A program made the translations under genes and the position numbers. DNA of 20,310 nt, from the IMG/VR virus record IMGVR_UViG_3300037512_002166, one strand, 5' to 3'. The DNA is from an uncultured virus (IMG/VR IMGVR_UViG_3300037512_002166) (Duplodnaviria > Heunggongvirae > Uroviricota > Caudoviricetes). Numbering within the stretch: position 1 is the first letter of the stretch; each line of letters opens with the position of its first letter. Below, one piece after another: positions 6,763-16,200 of the stretch. The notes beneath the pieces are model-generated. The model made no database searches. It worked only from the letters and a program-made list of their open reading frames with translations, and was not told the DNA's origin.

Positions 6763-7236
6763 TTATACTAATGTTCCACTATCATCACAAGATTTGCTGA
6801 TACCCCACATGTTCGTGAAGGGGAATTCGACGACGAGATACCCGCCGTCCTTGATCTCATCCGTCTGGATGTTCGGCTCGTCCTCAAAGAGGAGCCAGGC
6901 TTTCAGGTGCCGGGCGGTGTCCCAATAGAACAGCCGGCCGGAGTTCAGATAGGCCAGGAAGCTGCGATAGGACACCTTGCTCGTGAAGAGGAGCGTCAGC
7001 TTCACCTTCGTCTCCTCGTGCGCCACATCTCCGGACTTGTCGGCCGGATGGAACACACGCGGGCCACTCTGCTCCGCATAGCTCTCCTTGTAGATGTTCT
7101 TGGCCTTACCCTGGAGCTCGAGACCCTCGAATTTCGAGTAGTGGAGACCGGGGAAATCGGCCTCGAGGTTCTTTACCTCGCCGGTCGCGGAACCCGCCGC
7201 GTCCGTCGCCTGCATTTTGAAAAGATAGTTCGTCAT
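6763..7236 (-). CDS. Hypothetical virion protein, possibly distal-tail (Dit)-like
   Basis: 157 aa with an ATGA overlap with the upstream gene. The beta-rich pattern (VKLTLLF, SFLAYLNSG, YLVVEFPF) is reminiscent of Dit proteins; the function is tentative. Confidence 0.55.
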   Translation of the reverse strand: MTNYLFKMQATDAAGSATGEVKNLEADFPGLHYSKFEGLELQGKAKNIYKESYAEQSGPRVFHPADKSGDVAHEETKVKLTLLFTSKVSYRSFLAYLNSGRLFYWDTARHLKAWLLFEDEPNIQTDEIKDGGYLVVEFPFTNMWGISKSCDDSGTLV

Positions 7237-7721
7237 ACGGCTTTCTTGATTTTACATTCACCAGTTACGTTACGGATCTCGCCGCCGTAGTTCTCGACAT
7301 ACACGATACTGTTCGGCGAGCATTCGATATTCACGGAGCAGTTGGCGTCCAGGAAGATCTTCACGACCTGCCAGTCTCTGATCTTCACGGTACCACGGCA
7401 CCCAATCAGTACGAGCCAGCGGACGTCGTCAGTGATGTCCACATCGTCGATGCGGCACCATACCTGGGACCGAAGCTTTCTCTCGCCAAGCGGATGGATC
7501 GTTGTCAGGCCGCCATTGAGGTACGGCCGGAACGTGCGCTCCATATCCTCCGGCGTGGGGCCCCAGCCTTCAGCGATGGACTTCAGGAAGTAGTCCACCG
7601 CCGCAGGGCTACCGATAAGCTCAAACACGTCCTTTCTGCTCCTGCACCGCGAGAACGCCTCCAATCCCCGTTTGCAGGGGTCGTGCATCTTGAGCCGTTC
7701 TTCATAGTCGGTAATATTCAT
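7233..7721 (-). CDS. Hypothetical protein with a Cys-containing, beta-rich C-terminal half
   Basis: 162 aa, ATG after an A-rich leader; C-terminus has short repeating beta strands. Confidence 0.7.
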   Translation of the reverse strand: MNITDYEERLKMHDPCKRGLEAFSRCRSRKDVFELIGSPAAVDYFLKSIAEGWGPTPEDMERTFRPYLNGGLTTIHPLGERKLRSQVWCRIDDVDITDDVRWLVLIGCRGTVKIRDWQVVKIFLDANCSVNIECSPNSIVYVENYGGEIRNVTGECKIKKAV

Positions 7722-7739
7722 CTGATTCGTTTTTTTTGT

Positions 7740-7824
7740 TATATTTGCAAAGTTCTTTGCAATCTATTTTTAGATTGTGTTTTAAGGTTGGGACGGCCTG
7801 CCGGGATGGTAAGCCGTCCATTTT
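7740..7824 (+). ncRNA. Candidate small RNA transcribed opposite to the late operon
   Basis: Exact TAnnTTTG (TATATTTG, 7740-7747) on the plus strand, then a hairpin CAATCTA/TAGATTG (7760-7777), then GGACGGC...GCCGTCC (7791-7819) followed by ATTTT. Confidence 0.35.
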
Positions 7825-8349
7825 CTACTCATCTGGCATCTTCCACAGGATATCCTCAAAGACGAATTCGGCGTCCATCTTCTCCATCTCCATGGAGCCG
7901 TCGGCCGTGATCTTCCGGATAACGAGGATCTCGCCGGCGAGGCGGTCGACCGTGTCGGTCTTGTTCTCATCCTGGAGAGACTTCCACGCCTCGTACGGCA
8001 TGGTCTTGACGCCTTCGAGGATGACCTGCTCATTAAGCAGGCTGGTAAGCATGACGTTGAACTTCGCCCTCTTGGCGCGGAGGTCGGCCAGCACGAGCGC
8101 GTCGTCCGCGCTGAGGGTGTCCGCAACCTTCTCAAGGCTGTCAAGCTTCTCGTTGAAGGCCTGTTCGTCTTCGATGCCGACCTCGCGGAGGATGGCATTG
8201 CGGGACTCGTGGTAGGCCTTCATTAGCTTGTTGAAGACCTGCTTAAAGCGCACGACCTTATAGGAGTGCTCGGCAGGTATGGAGTGTACGGTAATGCTAT
8301 CGACACCTTTTTGGTTGCTCAAGGCAACCAGAACAGCATTACTTACCAT
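7825..8349 (-). CDS. Hypothetical protein (acidic, helical; possibly a tail-associated chaperone)
   Basis: 174 aa, overlapping the upstream gene end, with codon bias matching the region. Confidence 0.7.
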   Translation of the reverse strand: MVSNAVLVALSNQKGVDSITVHSIPAEHSYKVVRFKQVFNKLMKAYHESRNAILREVGIEDEQAFNEKLDSLEKVADTLSADDALVLADLRAKRAKFNVMLTSLLNEQVILEGVKTMPYEAWKSLQDENKTDTVDRLAGEILVIRKITADGSMEMEKMDAEFVFEDILWKMPDE

Positions 8350-8590
8350 CGGCCGCGTCGTTTTTCTTGTTGGACTTCATCGCCTTTGCGCGATGGTAGA
8401 TGTTGAAGCCCCAGAAGACGAGATTGGCGATGCCGACAAGCCAGAAGAAGTCCTGGTTGTCACCGGCCTGCTTTGCCAGGGTGGCGTAGTTGAAACACGC
8501 AGCGGAGGTCATGATTCCGAGGAGTCCGCCGAGGACGAGGAGAAGGACTTCCAGTCCAAGATCCAGATTGTTTTTGTTCTGATCGTTCAT
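8339..8590 (-). CDS. Small two-TM membrane protein
   Basis: 83 aa with two hydrophobic helices (LGLEVLLLVLGGLLGIMTSAACF; FFWLVGIANLVFWGFNIY) and a basic C-tail. Confidence 0.7.
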   Translation of the reverse strand: MNDQNKNNLDLGLEVLLLVLGGLLGIMTSAACFNYATLAKQAGDNQDFFWLVGIANLVFWGFNIYHRAKAMKSNKKNDAADGK

Positions 8591-8609
8591 GATGAATGAT
8601 GATTAAAGG

Positions 8610-10025
8610 TTATGGTAATTGAATTTCAAGCGTTTGGTTGGCGAGGGTGACGCGGTGGGCGTAGTCGTTGCTCCGCCAGGCGTCCACCTTGATTGTGAAT
8701 CTGGCTACATCCAGATCCTCGTAGATAAGGAGCGTGAGGTCATTGAGGCCATACTCCGAGAAGTCAACCGTGCCGGTATTGCCGGCGCGCACCAGCTTGT
8801 TGATAGGGTTCTGGAACGGGTACTGCTCGTTCGTCTCGAACGGGATATACACGGGACCTGGACCATCGTATTGATGGGTTCCGTCGTCAAACTCGAGAAC
8901 GGATCCGTTTCTGTCCTCGATGGACAGATGCAGGTTGAATGCGTTGCCACTCCAGCCGCTGTCCGCTACGATCGAAAGAACCGCACCGAGAGACACGTGG
9001 TAGTATCCGGACTGGTCGGGCTGGCCGAGCGCGCTGTGGCTGATCGCGAGAGTCGAGCTGAGGTGGCTCCAGTCTGAGCCGGCCGCGTTGAACTGGCCGG
9101 TGACGCGGTCCGCACCGAGCGTGAAGGCGAGAGACATCAGCGAGTTGACGCTCCAGCCGGAGTCGGTGTCGTTGTAGACGGAGTATTCTTTACCGACGGC
9201 GACGCTGAGGTTCGACATACACGCGATGATGGTGATGTTGTCACCAGAGTAGTTGCCGTTCTCCAGGAGTGGGATGCCGGGGTATCCGCTCCCGAGGTCG
9301 GCCGGCCCCTTGAGGAGGATGTATGCCCAATTGTAGAGCTGCGTGCGGAGCTGCGCCATCGTATACTTGGTGACCACCGCGCAGTAGCGGTTGCGGTCAC
9401 GGAACCAGAGGAGCAGCGTAAGGTGGTAGCTGCTGTAGTCGGTGAGACCCTGGCCGGGCGTGAGGAACTTCTCCACGGTGATGTTGACGTTCTCGTTGAT
9501 GGGATCGTCGTCATCGTAGTACGCCTGGTCGTCGAGCCGCACCTGGACCATCGTGCCGTCGCTGAAGATGTCCGTCTCGTGATTACCGATGAGAACCTCG
9601 AGCGGCGCCTTCGCGATGTCGGTATAGCCGTACTGCGTGCGGTGCTCGTTGTCGAAGAAGTCCCACGGCCGGAGCGGGTGCTGTCCGGGAATGGGCTTCT
9701 GGTACTGGTACACGGAGTCGGAGACGGCGTTGTTCGTCCAGCTGAGGAGCGGGAGGACATTGCCGAATCCATACCTGGTGGCCTTTCTCGCAGCCTCCTG
9801 GGCGGCGCCGTTGAAGAACAGTACGCTGTTGTCGCGGAAAGGCTTGAACGCGGCCATCGGGAGGATGGCGTTTGCGTCAGAGAGATTGCCCTGCTGGTCC
9901 TCCTGGAGGTCGGCTACGAGAAGCAGCTGCTTGTGGACCAGCGGGCGGTGGAGCGCCTGCTGGAGGTCTCCACTCGTTCCGATCTTCACAATCGGGTAGG
10001 TCAGTATATGATTACTCCACGCCAT
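8610..10025 (-). CDS. Putative tail-associated structural protein (probable start MAWSNH at 10025)
   Basis: About 471 aa, beta-rich, within the tail cluster. The N-terminal segments MAAFKPF and HPLRPWDF resemble, by recall only, Bacteroidales phage tail accessory proteins. Confidence 0.6.
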   Translation of the reverse strand: MAWSNHILTYPIVKIGTSGDLQQALHRPLVHKQLLLVADLQEDQQGNLSDANAILPMAAFKPFRDNSVLFFNGAAQEAARKATRYGFGNVLPLLSWTNNAVSDSVYQYQKPIPGQHPLRPWDFFDNEHRTQYGYTDIAKAPLEVLIGNHETDIFSDGTMVQVRLDDQAYYDDDDPINENVNITVEKFLTPGQGLTDYSSYHLTLLLWFRDRNRYCAVVTKYTMAQLRTQLYNWAYILLKGPADLGSGYPGIPLLENGNYSGDNITIIACMSNLSVAVGKEYSVYNDTDSGWSVNSLMSLAFTLGADRVTGQFNAAGSDWSHLSSTLAISHSALGQPDQSGYYHVSLGAVLSIVADSGWSGNAFNLHLSIEDRNGSVLEFDDGTHQYDGPGPVYIPFETNEQYPFQNPINKLVRAGNTGTVDFSEYGLNDLTLLIYEDLDVARFTIKVDAWRSNDYAHRVTLANQTLEIQLP

Positions 10026-10251
10026 CCTGTTCGTCGATTTGCGGTTCCGCATTCAGGTCGACGCGATAGCCATCCGGCATGTCGATCTCCTCAAAGTCCT
10101 CCGGTACGTCGTAATGCGGCGGGTTCTGCAGCACGCCGCCGATATAATGGGAGTACCCCAGGAAGATCTCCTCTCCGAAGATCTCCCCGGTATCCTTGCG
10201 GGCGAAGACCTTGCCTTCTTCCGCGATGATGTGTCTTCCGTCGATTGTCAT
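10012..10251 (-). CDS. Small acidic protein coupled to the LRR tail gene, possible fibre assembly chaperone
   Basis: 79 aa with a TAATG overlap with the 2110-aa gene. Confidence 0.65.
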   Translation of the reverse strand: MTIDGRHIIAEEGKVFARKDTGEIFGEEIFLGYSHYIGGVLQNPPHYDVPEDFEEIDMPDGYRVDLNAEPQIDEQDGVE

Positions 10252-13200
10252 TATTCAGGTATATTTCCGTTCTGGTCAAGTTCGTAGATACGGGAAGCAA
10301 AAGCACTCCAGTTTGTGGTGGTCTTATATGCATTCCCACAACCGTAAGGGACGTAAATCTTGAAGGTGTTATTCGTATTGCTGAGGGCGCCGGACGTGAG
10401 GGTTGGAGGTGTTGTTGCGAGACATTTAATATACACCAGCGCGGTGCATCCGTAAAACGCGCTGCCGCCTATCGTCGTCAGCGTGCTCGGCAGGACAACT
10501 GTCGTGAGCCTTGAGCAGCCTTGGAATGTACTGCCCACAAGGTTTGTAATAACGCCGAGAGAGGTAACAGTCTCTACATACGATCCAATAAACGGTCCGC
10601 CGTAATTGCTGGTTCTAAGCGTATTGAGATTCGGAAGATTGATATCCATCTGGGCTTTTACAGCACTAAACGCAGCGCCACCGATTGTCGTAATCGATGT
10701 GGGCAGCGAAATCGAAGTCAATGCGGTACATTGATAGAATGCATAGTCATCGATCGTAGTCAGCGTGTTTGGAAGCACCACAGATGTGAGGCTTTTGCAA
10801 TAGTTAAATGTACTTTGGCCAATTGTGGTTATTCTCCCAAGCGACGTAACCGCCGTGATGCCACTACCATTGAATGCGCTGCCTAAATTTTCAAGGTTGG
10901 GTAGATTTATGACGATAGGTATTTTTGCATTCAGGAACGCGTTACTACCGATTGACGTTATCGTCTGCGGTAGATTGATTGTCGCAAGAGCTACACATCC
11001 ATAAAAAGCATTCGCATCAATACTCGTCACGTTACCAGGAATCGTCACAGAAACAAGGTCTTTGCAGTCTTGGAATACTGAACCGGCAATTGAAAGAATA
11101 TTACCAAGAGATGTGACGGCAGTAACCTTCGTGCCACCAAAGGCACCACTACCAAGCGTCATGAGATTAGGCAAGTTTATAGAACCTCCGAGTTTCGTCC
11201 CATAAAAGGCTTGATATTCGACGGATTCTATCGATTGCGGAAATTCTACAGTCTCAAGGGCGGAGCAGTTAAAGAACGAACGCTGTGTTATGGTCGTTAC
11301 AGTATTCGGCAAGACAACAGACGTCAGCGCTGTGCAGTTTTGGAACGTCTGCTGTCCAAGAGTGGTTATACTACCGAGAGACCTGACTGCGGTGATCTTC
11401 GTGCCGACAAAGGCTTGATCACCGCTAAGTGATGTAAGATTCGGGAGATTGATCTCACCGGCCAGCTTCGAGCAACCTTGAAATGCGATTCGTTGAATTG
11501 TCGTTATGGAAGCAGGGAGATGGATGCTTTCCAGATTACTGCAACCATAGAATGCGCCAGACATAATATGTGTGGCCCCTTCTGGCAACCTCACGGAGGC
11601 CAACGCCGAACAACCTCTAAATGCCTCCGCTGCAGAATTCGCGCCAAACGCATTCTTGAAGTATTCAAGCTCGTTAAAGGATGTGATTTGCGTATCGTTC
11701 TTAAACGTGGTCCCCATCGACGCCACAGCCTCTGCGGCCGCCTTCGTAGTACCAGTTCCGTCGCCGTATGCGGTAGCGCACTTGCTCTGGACGCGGGCAT
11801 CGACAAAGCGGATATAGATCGTACTTCCGGTAATCACCAGGTTCGGGAATTTCTCGTTCAGCTCGTCCACGTCCTGCTGATAGATGCCCACGAGGACGTT
11901 GAGCGCGCCCTCGATGACCGGATCCTGCACGACCTGGCCGTCCGGAGAGAGTCCGTGGTAGTTACCATTCGCGATGGCTACCAACATGTTATACTTGCTG
12001 CCGTCCGTATCCGTCACAATGTTATCCCAGATGACGCGGATAAACTCGAGCACCTGTGACGCGCCGTAGACATCCGTGAGCATCTGCAGCGAATCCATCG
12101 CGTTGTTCTCCATCACGAGCGTAGCGACTGCCGCGAGGCTGTCCATGGAGAAGTTCGCGTTCGTGAGGTGCTTGAGGAAGCGCATACGCAAGGACTGGAG
12201 CGCCGGAAGGCTCATCTCCGTAACCTTGCTGCCCTTCTGGATCGTGACGTCGGTGATGGACGTTCCGGAGAGCTTCAGCGAGCGGAGGCGGCGGCAGACG
12301 GTGAGGTCAATGGCACCACGGATAGAGTCCGCGTTGCGCGCGTCGATGGTCTCCAGACACTTCGTGTTCGCAAACTCGAGGCCGGGCACGTTGGTGTTCA
12401 CGTTGCCGGCCACGGCGTCTCCAATCTTGAAGGTAACAAGCTTCGCGCCGGTGATGGTCAGCGGGTTGACGTACTGCGAGCCAAGGCGGAGCGCCTTGAG
12501 GTCGCCCAGCGAGGAGAGGAAGTTTGAACCCTGGATATAGAAGGACGTATTGCCGTCGCCCGTGGTCGCAAGGTGGCACGGCTGCCCGGGCTGCGTGCGG
12601 CCGCCGCCCAGCATCGTGTTCTGGCCGACACCGATAGCCGGATACAGCCACATCGCCGGCACCAGCTCGGTGTCGATACCGAGAGGACGGAAGGAAATCG
12701 TGCCAAGCGACGTGTCAGAGTAGTCCCCGAACGGGCCGGCATGGAACAGCGAGAGCATATAGACGGCGCGGCGATGCACCCACAGCATCTCTGCGGAGAT
12801 GTGGTTGCCCAGGGCCTGGGACAGCGGGTCGACGTTCTGGCCGTTGTTCAGCCACGCCTGCTCGTACTTGAAGTTCGCATCCACGTTGTAGGCGCTCTGC
12901 GGGAAGTAGCGCTGCGCCTTGTCCCAGAAGAGCATACCGATGTACTTAATGAAGCCCTCGTACGTGCTCGAAGCGTTCGACAGGTCGCGCATCTTCTCGA
13001 GGATGGCCTTGCCCATGGAGAGGAGGCCACGGGACACGTTGCCGGACACGGTGCTGTTGTAGTCATCCCAGTAGCACTCGAAGATGAGGTTCCAGAAGAT
13101 GCTCGCGGAGCCGGCGAAGTACGGGGAGCCGCCGACGGCGTCCGTATACTCGATATAGTACGGCTTCGTGTCGGCACCGGAGTTGTCGATGTCGAGGATG

Positions 13201-16200
13201 GAGTCAAGGTCGTCCTGGCGCCACTTCCAGCGGCCGCCGCTCGCCAGAAGGCCCATCTTGTAGGGATAGGTGTTCTTCGCGAAGTTATCCGTCGCACCGG
13301 TGATGATCAGGAAGTCGAAGTGGAAGAGGGCATCCTGGATGTCCCAATAGTTCTCGGCCGAAGCCTTGAAGGCCGCCCGGCGCTGCGCCTTGAAGTAATC
13401 GTTCTTCTCGGCGATGGTGCTTCCGGACGGGGCGCCGAGGCTCTGCCCGGCCACGTACTGGCCGAGTTTCACGTCGTAGAAGTACAGCACGTACTCGCCG
13501 TCGATCCAGAACTGCATGTCCGCATAGCTGAAGCGGTCATCGTAGCGCGTCTGGCGGAAGTCCTGGAGGTGGGAGTTAATGTATGCGAGCGTGTCGGCCG
13601 CCGTGGCCGCGTACGTTCCGAGCGCGATGCCGAAGATGAGCGTGGAGTTGTTCCATACCAGGTCGTAGGCCGGCTTGAACTCCTGCTGGAGGATCATCGC
13701 GATGGTCTCCTGGTCGGACGCCTTATCCGTGGAGTATCCGTGGCAGTTGCCGACCTCGAGGCCGGTCTCGTAGCTGCCGGTGCCCTTCACGATGGTCAGA
13801 CCCTCCTCGGAAGCGAGGAACTGCACGTCGTTGTTCCATGGATATGCGAACTTGGCCAGCGGCTGGGAGTGGTCGGTGCCTTCCATCGAGATGAGCGAAG
13901 ACTCGGTGGTGTCGAATCCGAAGGACGGCTTATCACCCTTGTCCGGCCCCATCGTGAAGAGGCCGCAGAAGGTGTAGGTCATATTCATGGGGTCGTACTC
14001 GAACCCGAAGAACGGATACTGGTACACCGCCGTGACGGGCACGGGCGTGCCGCCGGCGACGGCTGCCGCCTGCGCGTTGTTCAGCAGCCCGAGTGCATAC
14101 AGGAGGTCGCTGTACGCCTTCGTTGCACCCATCTTATGGGACTGCATGGAGGAAGCCATGTTGATCTTGCCGGTGATTCGCTTCAGCGCCGGGTGGTTGT
14201 TCGCGCCGTCGAAGAAGAGCGTCTTCTGGTCGGACGCCGGCCCCCAGGCGTACTGATAGGACTGGCCGACCTTCGTACGGGCAGTCAGATACTGCACGGG
14301 CACCTTCTTGCTGTCGTTGGTCTTGTCGATTCTCCAGCGGATATTCCAGCGGTAGTAGTCCATGGACGTGGTACCCTGGCCGGCGGTCTCCATAGGACCA
14401 GCCTTCCAGTCCCACTCCGGGTGCTTGCCGTAGTGTACCTCCAACGTAGAGAGGCCCTTCGTGGACTTGCCCCAGCCATTGGCCGCAGAGGGGATCGAAG
14501 CGCCATTCTCCATCGTGATGACAAAGAAGTTGAAGTCGTTGTTCTTCACCATCTCGAAGTCCACGTTCGTCTGGCCGGCATCAACCACGCTCCGGATGAA
14601 GGCATCCATGGCGATACGCTCGGAAGCCTCGTAGAGGGAGTTGATGTAGTTGTTCTGGGCCATCTGGTCGCCGAGCGCGGTCGCGTAGTGGCGCACGAAG
14701 TAGAGATAGACGTCAGACTTCTGCGGCGCGACGATAAGGTTCGCGTCGATCGGCCAGTCGGTGGAGGCGGAGTATGTGAATTCGAAAGCCTTGCAGCCGT
14801 TGACATAGCCGCGCACAAGCTTGTGCGTGCCCTCGAAATTCGGGTTGATGGTGATGAGCAGGTGTACGAGCTCCTCATCCTGCACCTTGGTGCCACGGGC
14901 CGGGTCATTGACGGCGGACGTGTCGGACGCGGAGTGCAGCGTCACGGTGTTCGTCTTCACACGAAGACCCTGGAAGCCGTCCTGCGTCGGATTCGTGGCG
15001 ATGGTGATGACATTCTCGTCGATCTCGGACACATTCTTTACGCGGTAGGCCATCTCAATGGTCATATTGTCGCGGTCGAAGAACTTGAATCCGCTGTACG
15101 GGATGCTCAGCGAGCAGCCGGCCGGGATCAGCAGGCAGCGGTGGCCATCCTCGTCCTCCGTCCATCCGTCCACGCCGTCGATGAAGTCCACGTTGCCCCA
15201 GGTAGCCGCGATCTCCGTACCGTTAACCTCGTTGACGATCTTGTCGCGGTTGCTGTCGCTGTTGGCGTGGGCGGCCGCGCTGAGATAGAAGTCGAAGCCG
15301 GGAGTCGGAGGGAACACCGTGGAGTTGTCGAGAGGCACGTCGCCCCTTGCGGTGCTCTGGCCGAGCGTCAGCTCGAAGGCGATGGAGTAGCCGTCGCCCA
15401 TCACCTCCCATTCCGCGCTGTACTGCAGGTCCTGCTTCACGGAGGTCTCGCGGTTCTCGAGGGTTCTCGTGGTGCTGTCCACCACGACCGCGCCGTTCAT
15501 CCGGTAGAAGGTCACCTGGACATCCGTGGTGAGGCCGCCGCAGTCGTACGCGGCAAACTTCGCCAGCGTGGAGGAGGAGTAGTTATAGATGCGGTCTGGA
15601 AGCTCGTTGGCCACCACGATCTGCGCCGTTGCCTCGTCGGCCGTACGGACATACATAACGCTGTACTCGATCGGCTCGGACTCCAGCGTGTCGGTGGACA
15701 CCTTCACGACGATGCGGTAGGCGCCCGTAGGGAGCGCGAGGAACGGAGACGCCGCCCCGAAGCGGTAGAAGTACGGGGTCGTCGCATAGGCGTTCGTCGT
15801 ACCGATATTCTGCGTGAACTCGTCAACCTTCGTGCCGGCCGTGTTGTAGACCTCGAAGTTGAGAACCTTGTAGCCTGCGCCTGCGATACGGAAGCCGCCG
15901 AGATACCAGGAGTTCTGGTCGGACTGCTTGACGGGCAGATACCACGTGTTCTCGAAGAGCTCGACATAGAGCTCCGCCAGGGAGATGGTGTAGATTAGGG
16001 ACTGCGTCACCGTGCCGTCCTCGGCCTCGTAGGTGATCTTCACGCGGCTGGTGCCGAGCACGAGGTCCCCGAAGACGTCGTAGTTGATGGTAGAGCCGGC
16101 CGGATAGAGCGTGCGCTCGGTCAGCGGCACGAAGGTACCGGTCACGCCACGGTCGATGGAAATGGTGACATACGCGCCGACCTGCGTGTCCGTCCAATCC

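Noticed and set aside
10251..11815. Diversity-generating retroelement target or invertible shufflon in the LRR tip
   Set aside because: I saw no reverse transcriptase, invertase, near-identical template repeat or flanking inverted repeats in the window. A DGR elsewhere in the genome cannot be excluded.
12573..15998. 1141-aa plus-strand ORF
   Set aside because: It lies antisense to the high-GC part of the 2110-aa gene and has no recognisable motifs.
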